A DNA stretch of 63,061 nt, the filler included, from Bipalium vagum (Eukaryota): assembly GCA_037834085.1 (NCBI GenBank). It is 3 parts of 3 records of this genome, joined end to end, with 100 filler letters (N's around TTAATTAATTAA, not from the genome) between each part and the next. Parts side by side here need not be neighbours in the genome. Positions count along the whole stretch, not along the records: positions 1 to 22,239 come from JBBMKC010224780.1; 2 more parts are not named here. One strand, 5' to 3'. Each line of letters opens with the position of its first letter. Positions within the stretch are counted from its first letter, which is position 1. A program made the position numbers and the translations under genes. Positions 1 to 13,939 of this stretch are shown piece by piece. The notes under the pieces are model-generated. The model had not been told where the DNA came from. It did not search any database and saw only the letters and a program-made list of their open reading frames with translations.

Positions 1-769
1 AAGTGAACATAGTCATTAAGGAACAAAATGGCATATTAATTTCCAAGTCAACTGTGAGAAACCGACTTTCAGACATACGGTTACATGGGAGGATGGCACG
101 GAAAAAAACCTTTAATTTCGAAGATGAATCAGAAAGCAAGAGTTGCATGGGTAAGAGAACTGTTAAACTCTTCAAGCGATTGGAATAAAGTTATTTGGTC
201 TGATTAGTGTAAATTTAACGTATTTGGGTGAGAAGGAAGGGTTACTGTTTGGCGAAAACCCGGAGAAGAAATGAAATTAGAATGTTTCCAACGGATAGTT
301 AAGCATGGTAAGGGGTCGCTTATGGTCTGGGGATGTTTTTCGAGTTTGGGTGTTGGAAATTTAGTCTTCCATAGATGGAATAATGCATAAGGAAGATTAT
401 TCGAAAATTTTAGAAGAAAATTTGTTGGAATCTGTGCAAGACCTTGGTTTTGAGACTGACGTCAAATTCCAGCATGACCGAGATCCACAACATACGGGCA
501 AAATAATTACACATTGGCTTAATCAATCCGGTGTAAATGTTTTGAAATGGATTGGGCAATCACCGGACATGATCCTAATTGAAAATTTGTGGGATTTTAT
601 GAAGAAAAAACTCAAAAGGAGAGAGATTACTGGAAAAGACATGCTGAAAAAGTACATCTTGGAAGAATGGCAACAAATTAACCCAGATTTCTGCAAAAAG
701 TTTGTTACTTCGATGAATATGAGATGTAAAATGATCCTCAAGAATAGGGGTGGTCCAATTAATTATTAA
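1..769 (+). mobile_element. Tc1 (DD34E) transposase pseudogene, 5'-truncated by window edge; probably inside a MARS2 intron
   Basis: Frame-broken Tc1 motifs: STVRNRL..G..ARKK, KVIWSD, VKHGKGSLMVWGCF, FQHDRDPQHT, WIGQSPDMILIENLW, and KNRGGPINY at the C-terminus. Confidence 0.9.
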
Positions 770-1384
770 AAACAAAATGTTGATACAATTTTTTTGTATG
801 CTTATAATAAAAAGACATGTAAATCAAATTCGTTGAGAAATTGAATATTATTCAGTGGGCTATGTAAACAGTATTTTTATGAAACTTTGCCTCATGTTGT
901 AAAAAACTCGTTGACCAAGTAGGGGTTGATTCAATTAATAATTTATTGGAGACATTATACGTGCTAACGAAAGTTGATGCTTTAAATATTATTCAGTGAC
1001 AGGATTAAAGTCATGAAGGAATAACTTCAGCTGATTTAAGACCAAAATGTATGTCTTCAAAAACATGCAATTAAGACATTTCTAAGAGTTATCTTCGATT
1101 CCAAATTCATCATTTAGAAAGAGATAATAAATAAAAATAACTTTGTGATTTTGATTTTTATATTCCTTAATATCTTTGAACTATCTTGTGAGGAAGTTGA
1201 TAACTGTCCAGTCATCCAAAATTGGTTGTCTTATAAATTACTGTCATAACGAAAAGAAATGAATCATTATTCCAATATTATAAAATTTGACATCTTTTAA
1301 GTGTTACTATTATACCTTAACAAAGTAACTTTCGCTCGCAAATCAACAATTCCTCACTATACGATGGTGTGTTCGTTTTACTAT

Positions 1385-1777
1385 TGTAGTGACACAAATT
1401 TACTCTCTAAGTAAATCAAAACTCGTCCTCGAGGTCTTTTGCAGGTCGCCTAGAGATTCCCAAACTCGATGGGTCTCCTTGGTGAATCATCTTGCATCAG
1501 CATATTTACGGAAAGAATGATAATTACTGGAACCAATTTTTTCCCTTGAATGTCCTCGTTGAATTTCCCGCTTTAAAACATTCTCCTTTAATGTCCTCTT
1601 TCCTCTTTGGATTGTCTTCCTTAAAAATTATCCTCTTTAAAAATTCGGTTTCTGAGTAAATTTCTGGGAATAACCGTCTTTTTATATAGTCGTAGAGATT
1701 GGTCTACGATCACCAATCCACACGCTTCGAGACGGCTACTTCCAACAATAGCCTTTATTTCTAATTTTGTCTCTACA
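1385..1777. mobile_element. Probable solo LTR (393 bp, TG...CA)
   Basis: Starts TGTAGTGACACAAATT and ends AATTTTGTCTCTACA (imperfect ~15-bp terminal inverted repeat). GC is higher than in the flanks. No matching TSD (CTAT vs CAAA). Confidence 0.35.
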
Positions 1778-2163
1778 CAAACAAAGTTAGAAAAAAGAAA
1801 TATTGTTGCAATTACTCCGACGACAGAGTTAATGGTTTAATTAATTCTTAATTTAACAAAATTTGATACATAAAAGTCTCGACGCCAATCAATCCGACTA
1901 AGATTATTTCGGCTGTATTTTTATTTTTATTGAATATTTAATATAAGCGAGGATAATAAATCCCAATACGGAACCTTTTAAGAAAAATGATTCTGGCATT
2001 TAATATTTTCTTAAATTTTAATTTTTTTTAATAGTTCTTTGAAAAACTTAAACTTCCTACTCAAGGAAATCGATAGTATTAAGCTGTAACAGAATTTATT
2101 TGTAATGTTTATTTTCAAATTTATTGTACCTTGGTAATTATTGAATTTACTGTCCCGTTTCAG

Positions 2164-2270
2164 ATTTATGTGTGGTTTGAGGCTCTGATTAACTATTTAA
2201 CTGTTTCTAAAACAGAAATTGGTCAAACGTGGCCAGCAGACATTCAAATTATTGGAAAAGATATCATCAA
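2164..2270 (+). CDS. MARS2: Mitochondrial methionyl-tRNA synthetase, internal exon (upstream exons not recognised in this window)
   Basis: CAG acceptor at 2161-2163; translates IYVWFEALINYLTVSKTEIGQTWPADIQIIGKDIIK (YVWFDAL and GKDI motifs of MetRS); GTAAC donor at 2271. Confidence 0.93.
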
Positions 2271-2323
2271 GTAACTTTGAACCTTTCAATTTACTTTGAA
2301 ATCTTCAACATGAATATTTACAG

Positions 2324-2423
2324 ATTCCATACTGTTCTTTGGCCAGCTATTTTGTTAGGAATCGGTATGGAATTACCGAAAAAACTTTTGATTCATTCAC
2401 ACTGGGTTAAAAATGGAATTAAG
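2324..2423 (+). CDS. MARS2: Mitochondrial methionyl-tRNA synthetase, internal exon
   Basis: Follows a 53-nt GT-AG intron (2271-2323) with phase conserved; FHTVLWPAILLGIGMELPKKLLIHSHWVKNGIK; donor GTATTT at 2424. Confidence 0.93.
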
Positions 2424-2779
2424 GTATTTACTAAAGAATTTTTTATTTTATTATTATAGTGAATTAATTTTATCAATTATAAATCTGCTTAATATTAGGT
2501 CATTCGGAAAGTCTTGTGGATTTTTCTAATGATTTCTTTTTAAGTTAATACTGCTGATCTATAAATGTTGTTTAAATAAATAAAAATAAAAGGATCATAT
2601 TAAATATTATAATATATGACAATTTTTATTTAAAATTTAAATATATGACAAATACAAAAAATTAAAAAATATTAATGATATTTTGAGGTATCACGAACTA
2701 CATTTTCAAAAGTATCTTGATCATTATTTCCATTTCTTTCTTTCCTTATATTCATTAAGATAACTGTAAATGGCCTTTT

Positions 2780-3170
2780 CTGAAAATTTTTATTTTTTAT
2801 ATTAAGATTCCATATTACCAAATAGGACTCTATATTCTATGTATGTGTTAGTCTTTGAATCGAAAAAAATTTCCGAATGATTATTAAATCAAAACTCATC
2901 AATTTCCTTTATTTTTGGATAAGCGGGCTATCCATCAGAAATATTTGTAATACCTGGGAGACAAACTTTCAATTATTGATAATAAATATCTGCGTTACGT
3001 TTTCCACAAACTTCATATATCCAACTGGCAGGTTTCAGAACTGGTGTCCATAATTCCAAACAGCCATTTTCATGTTTCGGAGCTCTATCTCTGTGGCATT
3101 AAGGTTTATATCAAAATAGAGATTCATCAACCTGACATGTGATGCCATTTCCACCTAGCTTTTATAGGAG
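2780..3170 (-). mobile_element. Merlin (IS1016/ISXO2-like) transposase remnant in MARS2 intron
   Basis: Minus-strand KLGGNGITCQVDES (3161-3121), WLFGI, LPGITNISDG*PAY and NHS/IES-like segments; stops and frameshifts present. Confidence 0.8.
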
Positions 3171-3299
3171 TTTTATTACAAACTGTTTTTTCTGAACTTC
3201 CAACAACTAGAAGTAAATTGCCGTTTTTAGCCCGTTTTAAATCAAAATGTATAAATCCATTTTGTTCTTCGGTTCACTGTTTCTAATGTGATTTTTTCA

Positions 3300-3910
3300 C
3301 TTACTGAACATGTTTTCTTTGACATTAAATATAGAATATAGGCAGGTAAAATATTTAAATTATGTTCTAATTTTACAATTACATTTCGAATGCTCTTATT
3401 TATATGAATAGGCACATTCCGGGTACTTATCTTATTGGAGTTTGCCAAATACTTGCTCTACCATATTTCGAACGAATACTTACATTGAAGCCTACCTCGT
3501 CAATAAAAAAATGTTGCATTCATTTTTGTTCGCCTACATGTCTTGGAAATTGGAAGCATAGCTTCTCTAGTGGAATACTCGAGTTGCGAGTATCTTTATT
3601 ACTTTTTATTATCAATAGTTTTATATGACAAAGTTACCTGATATTTCTCAAATACTAATGTAATTAAACTTTTCAGGATGATGTCACATTTCTTATCAAC
3701 CTCATATCTAATAAATATATATTAATTTTGGTCTCCTCTTGTGAATTCTTCTATGTGACTTTCCTTTTTATAAGTTTTCAGAATGCTATTAAATGTTGAC
3801 TTGAGTAAGGCAAATGTGACATTAACTGTTTTTATGAAATATCGTCATTATATTTGGCTATGATAAGTCTTCTTAAGTCATCACTTACCTTGTTTCTCAT
3901 ATTTTCCATA
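3300..3910 (-). mobile_element. IS630-like Tc1/mariner-superfamily transposase remnant
   Basis: Minus-strand N-terminal HTH-like MRNKVSDDLRRLIIAKY...KSTFNSILKTY and first catalytic motif FFIDEVGFNVSIRSKYGRAS (3510-3451). Confidence 0.65.
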
Positions 3911-4214
3911 TTTTGGATCTAATTTATAAATTTAATTTGAAAAATATAGGTATTATATTTTACTTTTTAATGATCATATATCTTAAATGTTTTCGCAATT
4001 AAAAGAATAATATAACCAATTTAAAAAATTTTAACAAATCAAGAATTTTCTAAAAGTTTGAAATTGAAGTTTAAACCCTATAAAAGTAATATAGAATTTC
4101 TGTTTGATAATTAAAATTGATTAATGTTCGATTTATGATTTCAGAAAATATAAATATTAAAATCTTGTTGACTAATAATATATTGATAATAACTTTACCG
4201 AAATTAGAACAATA

Positions 4215-5065
4215 CAGTGCAACTTCTATTTTGGACCAATTTCTGAAATGGACCACTTCTAAAATCGAACCAAACTCAATATTTGGACCAATAATTTGTA
4301 CCTATCATATTTCTCGATATTTTCATATAAAAAATAAAATTCTTGGTCCAAAAATTTAAATAATTTGTTTTAATAATATTTTGGTATATAAAATTTTCAA
4401 AATCAGGAATGAGTAAAAAATTATCATATGAAAATAAATATAATATTGCCAATCAACTTCGCAATAAAGAATCTTCCCAGCGAATGCTATGCAAGAAATA
4501 TAAAACTATCAAGTCAAAAATTCAAAGAATTTATACTGAAATCAATATAAATCCTTTAAAAAATTCAGGAACAGGCTTTGACAGTACTATTTTAGATATG
4601 TTTCAAAGATTACGTGAGAGAAACTTCCCGATAAATGGTCCGACATTAAAAAGAATTGCTTTAATTGTAGCAAAAAAACAAATAGAATTGATTTCAAAGC
4701 ATCGACAGGTTGGATGGATAAATTTAAGAGGCGGCATAAAATCAGTTGGAAAGTTTTATCCAGAGAAATGAAATGGGGCATTACCTGCCCCAAAATATAA
4801 AGCTCTTTTATGACTTTAAAAGTAAGTTCATAAAGGATATACGAAAAGAACATGGATTAAAAACAAAAATTACGGATTATTTAATTCAAAAACGTTGAAA
4901 TATATTATTATTTATTGAACTTGTTGTTTTTTAATGTCTATTATTACATCCATATAAGTTCATATAAAACATGTTTTATAGCCTTTTTATGTCTTAACCT
5001 ATAATATTGGACCAACTTCTATTTTAGACCACTTTTGAAATTTTGTGGTCCAAATTTTTGCACTG
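4215..5065 (+). mobile_element. Internally deleted pogo/Tigger DNA transposon (CENP-B-type HTH retained, DDE lost)
   Basis: TA-flanked imperfect TIRs CAGTGCAA..TTTGGACCA / TGGTCCAAA..TTGCACTG; ORF 4409-4771 with LRERNFPINGPTLKRIAL and frameshifted FKASTGWMDKFKRRH; typical KNKITDY C-terminal tail. Confidence 0.85.
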
Positions 5066-6287
5066 TATTACTAAATTTATCAGTTACTTTGTTTAGTTAT
5101 TTTTTTTGTTTAAATTTATCACAATTAATATTTATAAATAACCTTTAATAAGTGTTATTCAAGATTTTTTAGTTATAAAAATTCTACATAATTTATTTTA
5201 ATTTATCATTCTTTTTATTTATTTTTTCTCAGTAAACCTTTTTGTGGCATATTTGAATTAATTTATTATTTTACTTCTGTTGGATTGGCAAATAAGTTCG
5301 TTCGAATTTTTAAGACTAAAAATTAAGATGTTGCTTATAGTTTGAAAAAAGTAGTTTTAATGGGAATTTAAAAAAAAATCTTTATTTATAAGTGTTTTAG
5401 AATATAAAATATTATTTTGACAGGTTATTTATTTCAATTAATTTAAGGTAATAGGTTCGTAATCTTTCAGTTTGCTACCAGATATTTTTGATTTAGAAGC
5501 CTGTCTGGTGTGACTTGGTCGCAAGAAATTAATAAAAATTGTTTCATCGTCTTAAATTATCAAAAATTAATATTTTCTAATGGTTGGCCAAGTTATTGCA
5601 GCATTTAAAATACAAATGATGGAACCCAAGTGAATTCAGTCATTCTCTACAACATGAATTCCCAAATTCACATTCAAAATATTTAAAAAATCTGGAAGAG
5701 CCAGAAGAGAAAATGGCGACGATGTTTTGGAACATCCAAAACTTTTTTCCTACGTATGTGCAGCACGTTATTTAACGAAATCGATTCCATAAAGATATGT
5801 GGAATTTTCCTTTGAATAATTTGTGAAAATTATCTCATGTAAATTATAAAATAAGTTTTTTCTTATATATTTAATTTTATTTATTACATTATAGACTTAG
5901 TTTTCATGATTTATTATGTCCATATTAAAACTTTTAAACAGTAAAATAATTTTGGTTCTTTAACTGAGGAATTATCATGCTATGACAGATCGTGTATGCT
6001 AGAAATATATTTCAAAATTCCGTGCGTTGTTCTTTATATTTAACTTTGTCATAAAATGATTCAAATAAATAATATTTTCATGTTTAAAAATAAATGTGCA
6101 TTTAAATTAAAAAAACGAGCGAAAATATTCATTTTAATACATGTAAAAATGTTAAATTAAATAAGGCCAAAGGAGATGAAAAATGTTCACTCCAGATTTC
6201 TAATTGAAAGGAAAGTCACTTAGAAAAAATACAATTTTCTTGAAAAAAAAACGATAACTGTTTTATTTAATTAATATTTTTTTAAAG

Positions 6288-6577
6288 ATGTCCAAAAGTC
6301 TGGGAAACGTTGTTGATCCTCAGAGTGAGGCAGAAATTCTTGGGGGATATGAAGAATTGAAGTACTTTCTACTGTCAGAAAACGCTATTGACACTGATAG
6401 TTCATATGACACGAAACGTGCCACAGAAAAAATCAATAATCATTTAGTAAATATCCTAGGGAATCTTTTACAGAGAATTTGCAGCAAAAAGATAAATCCC
6501 CATCAACGCCTGGGCGTGGAGTTAGATATGAGTGATAAATTGTTTTCCGGAACTGTCTACAGTGAATTGATTTTTGA
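6288..6577 (+). CDS. MARS2: Mitochondrial methionyl-tRNA synthetase, internal exon (KMSKS loop)
   Basis: AAG acceptor at 6285-6287; K|MSKSLGNVVDP...LKYFLL...NHLVNILGNLLQR; donor GTAAGC at 6578 (phase 2). KMSKSLGN is the bacterial/mitochondrial form rather than cytosolic KFSKS. Confidence 0.93.
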
Positions 6578-8444
6578 GTAAGCTGTCTATTAATTTTACG
6601 ATTTTATAATTTCGAATCCACTGATTCCACGCTTTCCAAATTTCGTAACTTGTCACCTTTAATTCAATCATTTTATTATGAGATTGGTACGAAAGTTTCA
6701 AAAATGTTAATGGTTTCTGTTTTATTTATCAAAGTTTATCAAATGGTACCTTTTCTGCAACGAAACCAACATTTGAATTTGTATTTAAAATTTTGATAAA
6801 AGAACTTTACTGAATGGGTTGGAATTTGGTCATACAGAAATAGAAATAATCCGAACATTTGCAAAAATTGAAGGTGATAGTGGTGGTAAATCTTGAGACT
6901 GGAAGATTTTCATTAACCTCAAGAAATGTGAAAAGGTGGTCCAAAAGTGATTTTTAACGAACTGAAATTCTGTTAGAATAGTTTTTTAATTTTAATATGT
7001 ATATAAAAGAAATTTTGGTTAATAAATTAATCCAAAGTCATATTTTGTTTGACGAATAAAAGATTTTGTTGGTGGTTTGGTAAAAAATTTGATAATTAAT
7101 CTTCATAGTCCTAAGAAATTATTTTAGAATTATGGCCTTTAAGATTATTTTTAGTGGTTCACACTGTAAGAGTGTGGTTTTATCACTTAGGTATTTAAGA
7201 AGTTTGGAATATTTATTTTGAATATTTATTAGTTTCGTGTGTTTTTTTGGTGATTTATTGGAGGTTTACATTAAAAAGGCGCAACGTTTTTTTTATCTAT
7301 GTGTAGTTTATTCCTGTGTGGTGATTAATCTCAGAAAATTCACTTTACAAAACCTTTGCATTATTTTTGCTAAATGCGCGATTGCTTAATCTTGTTGGAA
7401 GATCCACTGTTGATTAATTTGAATATGTTAAGCAGATATTCTATTATATTGAATGTTATGGGCGTTTCCTTCAGAAAAATCACTAATGAAATTGAGCAGC
7501 GTACTCATGCAGTAAACACCGACATCTTTCCATTCTTGTTCTGCATTTTCCCCATTCAGATATTGATATTTCTCGAACTTAAAGAACTTACAGTTCATTT
7601 TAAATGACATTACGAATGTTCAACTCGGATATCCTATTTCCTTATTTACCGTCGAGAATGATGACTAATGTGATCAGGAAGGATTTTTCGGATGTATGGA
7701 ATATTGACCGTACATGGTCTTCCATTTCGTGAACGGTCACTGAAATCTCTTTGGATTATTTGAATGCTTTGGAAACTATCTATTTTCCAATGTCCAAGAA
7801 ACGAAATTTCTCGATTTGCCTTTCTTCTTACTTATATTAATTATTTAAAAAATGACATGAAAAAACATGAATTCTAAGTTAACATTTCATTTAAACAAAA
7901 CCACCAATATACATGTTGATGTGAAAATCTTGGTTTTTAAATTAATTTCCGAACTTTATATTTATATATCCTAAGGTTTGATTTATTAGGTGTTTTGTTT
8001 TTGTAGTTTTTCTAAAGGTCGCTCTTTTAGGTCATTAACTTACATTGGGCCCAATGTCCTTATGGCGTGCTGCTGTTATTAAAATTTTTTTCTTATAAAA
8101 AATTGTTATACTTTATGTTGAAAGAAATATTAGTTTCGCTGTTAGAGGGTTTCCTGTTTTTTATCCAACTTTAGTTTCTTTTTTGTAGATTTGGTTTTTA
8201 ATTGCTTTGTTAAAATATATTTTACACGAGACTGGTAGAAAAAAAAATTTTGGTTTATACAGAGATGGTAATAAGATATCTTTTTATCCACATTTTTTTC
8301 AAGATTATTTTTAAAATTTAATTTTTATTTAAATTTTAATCAATAATCAGAGTTTTTTGAATCTTTAATTTGATTTAATTGACATTTTACGTTTAAGTTA
8401 TTGATTTATTATTTTGAAATATCGATTATTTTTTAAAATTGTAG

Positions 8445-8829
8445 GTTAGAAAATTTACGGCCTGCTGTTGAAAAGAACATGGACAATTTGAATTTTCATT
8501 TGGCCATTGATTCAATAATCAATGTTCTGAGGAAAACCAATGTATTTTTTGACTCCCAAGAGCCATGGAAATTGACCGAAGACCAAATAAAAAGGCGCGA
8601 AGCTGTCATTTATGTCGTGTCCGAATCTCTTCGAATGTGTGCCATCCTCTTGCAGTGTTTCGTTCCTCTATTATCAGATAAAATATTAAATAGAATATCT
8701 GTTCCTAGTGAACAGAGGACTTTGGGAGAAATTAGCTTTAACACGCAAGCGTGGAATAATATTCGATCTCTCCACGATTTTGGCAGCAGTTCCATGTTAT
8801 TGAACAGAATTTCCACGAAATGTCGATAA
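8445..8829 (+). CDS. MARS2: Mitochondrial methionyl-tRNA synthetase, last coding exon (anticodon-binding helical bundle)
   Basis: TAG acceptor at 8442-8444, phase-compatible (GA|G=E); LENLRPAVEKNMDNLNFHLAIDSI...TNVFFDSQEPWKL...ESLRMCAILLQCFVP; stop TAA ends at 8829. Confidence 0.92.
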
Positions 8830-10193
8830 TCTTTTGGTGTTTATATTTGTGTAAAATATATGATATCTTGATTTTCAGTTTTACATTTTCTGTAACTGTC
8901 TAATTTTAGCAAAAATTTTTAAATACTCATTTTCAAACCTGTTTTCATCAATTTTAGAAAATCGTCTTTTAAGAGAAGATTTAAAAAATTTGGTGAATTT
9001 TAATACTTTAAGTGTTTCGATAATTTTTCAGTATTTCTGTAGCTGACATAAGGTCGATTGATGGTTAATTTTGTTACGAAAAATGTATGGGGTTTGTTGT
9101 GTGGAAATTTAAAGGATTCGGTGATTGAAATTAAAATTGCAATTAGTCTTCTTAGACCATTTTAGTCCATTGTAAAACAGATTAAAATGTTAAAATATAA
9201 ATACCTCAATTATCAAATGAAAATTTCATATAAATAGATACTTTAAAATGGTTGAAATAACCAATCTTAAAATTGTTCTATTTTATATATCAATTGAAGT
9301 TATTTTTAGTTTTGTTTACTAAGACTATTGTACTAATAAATATTTGGGTTAATTATATAACGGGGAAGTTTAACTATTAACTTTGGTTTTTCATTGAATT
9401 TATAAATGTATACTCTAATACTATAAACTACTACCACCAAACTTTATATTATGTAAAAGATTATTATTTCGTGTTGGTTATCAACACAAAAATACTTATT
9501 TTTAACTGATTTTAAAGACAAGTTAACAGTAAATTTCTATATCAACTTTTTTTTGAACTTTAAAATTTTTGAACACCACAAATAAAGCCACTTCTGAATT
9601 TCGAGTTTTTAAATCTAATTTGAACTTTTATAGAAATAAAGTGAGTTTTGAAAACTGATAGGTCAATGATAGAAAGAAATTTTTAGAAAAGTCAAAAAGA
9701 ATGTTGATGGTAGAAGATGTTGTTCCAATGGGATGTATATCGACTTGATTTACTAGCGCATGGGTGAGTTTGACGCTCAGTTTTGTTTTTCGAGTTTTGT
9801 CGGTCTGAAAAGAAAATACGTACATGTGAAACTGTGGTCTGGTCTCAATTCTTCTGATTTATATTTTTGGTTCTATTTAATGAAACCAGAAGCATCTAAT
9901 TTACCAATTCTGATCCGGGGTCGCACGAATTCCAATCACACTATTATAAATAAGAATAACTCACTTTCAATCACATTGTAATTCCTGAAACTCTTGGTTT
10001 TTATACAAGGCTACTTCATTCAATTAGTACTTTATTTTAACTTACACCATCTAGCTGTAAAATTAAACTTACTTAAACAAGTAAGTAAACTTAAACTATT
10101 AGTAAACTTAATTAAGCTACACTTAAAATTAACTCGTAAAAAAGTTACATTTTATTACTTTCCTTAATATACAAAATAATATTATTTACTTAA

Positions 10194-10474
10194 CCCATTT
10201 CATTCCACAAGCCCCATTTGGGGATGTCCCTTCAGAGTGAAATTTACACTTTGAAGATTTTACGAAATACAAATTAATTTAAATCACTGCAGAGACATTA
10301 TATTTTAATTGCACGTTGACAACTTTTACTTTGCATATTTTTTTTCTTTTAAATTTAATCTCAATTTTTTTAATTTTTATGAAACTATACTTAGTTCTAA
10401 TATGTCCTATATTAACTATTATACGCTAAGTAAAACAAATTTCTTTGCCCCCTTGAATTCTGGAATGAAATGGG
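10194..10474. mobile_element. piggyBac-type MITE (281 bp)
   Basis: Perfect 14-bp TIR CCCATTTCATTCCA / TGGAATGAAATGGG flanked by TTAA at 10190-10193 and 10475-10478; no transposase-like sequence inside. Confidence 0.85.
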
Positions 10475-12369
10475 TTAAGCTAATAATAATTTATACAAAT
10501 TTTGCTTTTAAACCTCAACATAGAGATATTGTAAATTACGCTACAAATCGTAGGAAAATTAAATTACCAAATTAAAATATTAATTATTAAAATTTTTATT
10601 TAAATTTATTTATTAAAGGAATGTGAAGTGATGAAAATATGAAATGTTTTAAAATTGATAACTTTTTACTCATTTTAATAGGTATAGGTCGTAAACTTTA
10701 GGAATCTTCTAGAAATCTTTTAGAAATTTTTGACCAGTCAACTTTTTCAATTTTATCTAATAGAGATGCATATATAAAATGTTATACTTAAACATGTGTG
10801 TACTTGTTGAACCAATTAGAATACAATAAAAAATATAAAATTAAAATGTAACTATTATTTATATATAGTAAAACTTTATCAAGCACATTTAATCTTTATT
10901 TATATGTAAATACTTAAAAATATATTATTTTAGTCGAATTTAATTGAGAAAGATGTTAAACATTTTATTTTACTTCCGGTTGTTATCACATAAAAAGTGC
11001 AAATTGGTTTTTTAATTAAAAACAATAGGATTTTAGAAATAACATGTAAAGAGAAATTATAACAAATTTTTAACGATATTTTTAATGATACTAATTTATA
11101 GTACACTATTTCACATGTTACGATCAAAAATTCGAATATTTCAAGGTACTATAAACTTTGAACTTTAACAACTTTTTTTATAAAAGATTTTAAATTTAAA
11201 ATTTATGATTTTAGAGATTTTAAGATTCTCTATCTGGTGGAATTAAATAAAATGTTATAAAAACATTATAGTTTCGAATCTATAATTGATATTCAAATTG
11301 TACATGTAACCCAATTAATAAGAAACTAATATATAAATTAAATTTTGTTTAAGAAATATTAAATATTCGCGGGCAAATCCACAACAATGATAACGATATC
11401 AAAAAATGGCTCATCAACATATTCAAGTCAAAATCAATTTATTTATTAAAAAATGGTACTGGAAAATTGATTGTGGTATGGATGTAGGTTGTCAAAACTA
11501 TCGGAGAATATATAACTTACTATTTTTTTGTCCAGATGGTGTACTTTTCAATAAAATTTTAAAATATTTTTAAGATAAAAATAATATAAAAACTTCTACG
11601 AAATTATGCAACAATAATATAATGAATATAATTTATCATGATATTTGATTAGGAATATATACAAAATTCATAAAGTAAAACATACTTAATTTCACTTTCC
11701 TAAAATATAATAATTATAAATCCTATATTTAATAAAATATATAAAATAAAAATATTTTATAAAATATAAATAAATATAAAAATCCTTTATTTTCTTTGAA
11801 TAATTGATTAAGGTAATGAAATTATTGATTTATTAACACAATTAAGACAAAGACGAAATAGATAACAGAAAAAGGAAAAAACATTAATAAAAAAGAAAAA
11901 AGAAGATAATTTTTTGTACAGAAAAAATGTAAAATCTCAGGAAACTAGATCAAGTTTGATTATTTAGCATGTAATGATTTTAGTAACCATTTTGTAGTAC
12001 TCATTCAAAAAAATACGTTTGTAAAAAAAAGATAAAAATAGATGAATAAATTATTATAAATTATTTTTCTTATTGATAATACAAACATTGATAAATTTAA
12101 GGTAGCTGGTAAATTTTATACATTAAATAAAATATAAAATAAGATAATATTTAATCTCTAATAATTTGTTTTAATAATTATTAATATTCCCGAACGGGTT
12201 GTTTTAAATGAATTATATTATCAAAATTATGTAATTATATTATATTAAAAATTAATTAATATTAATATTATTATTAATATTAATTAATATTTTAAAATAA
12301 ATTTAGGACTGAAATAACGTCGAAAAAATTAAATTTAACGTAGTAAAAAATACATTTAGCGTTTCATTA

Positions 12370-12620
12370 TATACGCTTGGGGAGTCAAATTTTATTCTCA
12401 AGTCTAAATTAATTCGATTAGGAAACACGAATCAATAATTTTTACTCCATATAAAAACTCAATCACTAATCGGGATTGAAGGGATTCCAAACACTAAGGC
12501 AATACTTGATCAGAAAGCAAATGATTCCTTGTTTCTTCGATTGATCAACACAACCCAGCTTCCGCATTATCAAATTTGAAGCAAATTCCAAATATTTGTA
12601 TCTCATTAATTAATGTGGTA
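12370..12620 (-). mobile_element. Possible CR1/L2-type LINE ORF2 C-terminal remnant
   Basis: Minus-strand fragments IKYCLSVWNP and LDLRIKFD resemble the EYCSxVWNP / RRxKFDL tail of CR1/L2 RTs; highly decayed. Confidence 0.3.
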
Positions 12621-13939
12621 GAGAAAGCGTTGGTCATAAAATGTAGATGGGAATTGTAATAAAATAGTAATTGGTTATATTTAATTTTGTTCATTCCATA
12701 TATGGCTTTTTGGATATTACATTGAGGTCTGCATTTGGGATAGATTGAAATTATAGTTATATGGGTGAAAATCCCCAGTCATGTTAATTTAACTCTACAA
12801 AGTTATATTATGATAGTTAGATAACTTGACTTTTTGTTGTCAAAGTGATGGAATATTTTTCAAGCAGTACATTGAAAACATAATTGGAAAATAATAATTT
12901 ATATATTTTAATTATTTTAAAGAGTTAATCTATAATATTATTCTCACAATGAGCTGACTTTCTGTTACTCTAATTATGTAGAACTATTTTGTTATATCTA
13001 CGTAATGTATCTGTTTTGTATTTATAGGCTGTCTTAGGAAATGCCGATTTCAATAGTTATTTTTTGCAAATGTTTCATCATGCTTTTGAACTTCACAACC
13101 CGATACCCGTAAGTTTATTCCATTAATGCATTTTAATAACTAATAACCATGTTATTTTTTGACTATATTGAATTAAGAGTAGGAAATATTTTTTAAATTT
13201 TAAATTAAAAATGAATAATATTCTTAGGGAACTTAAAAAGCTTGTGCACAGGTTTAATACAAAATATATGAAAATCTTCTATTGTTTCACTTAAGTCTTA
13301 GTGAAAGTCATAGGTTGCTTACGTTTAGTTTTTCAGTTATTTTTGACAGAAAGACATCTTAGTTATTAAGAGGAAATAAAACTGACTTATTTTAATATTA
13401 ATTTTTTTTCCTTTTAAAACTTAATTATGATATTTTAATAAAATAAAATAACATATTGATTAATTTCACATTTGCTTAGCTGGATATTTCTGTATGAGAA
13501 TATTTTTTAATTCATTAATTCTTTTAAAACTTCCTTCGAAGAATTTAATTATGAATTATCAAATTTTTAAATTAACTTTCTAATTATTATTTTATAATTT
13601 CTAATTATATTTTTTATTATTTCTAATTACAAAAATTGATATATATAATAAAGTTAATTAAAAAATAAAAAAAGAAAAATTTCATCAATAACATAAAAAT
13701 ATTCTCAAGTCCTTGTTCCTGTTGTTTGTAGAGAATTATCAAGAAAAATCTTAATTATTATTAAAATATTAATTATTCTAATAATTTAATAAAATTTATC
13801 GTTAAGAAACTTATATTTTAATGAAACAATTATAAGTCTTAAAAAATCCCATATATTTTGCACCATAGATTTTTGATAATATTAAAGAATTTTACTAGAT
13901 TTATTGGGTTGGATGTTACATGTGGATTTTTTCAACAGA

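Noticed and set aside
2229-2459. 76-aa standalone ORF
   Set aside because: Reads through the 53-nt intron; only the FHTVLWP...GIK part is real MARS2 coding sequence
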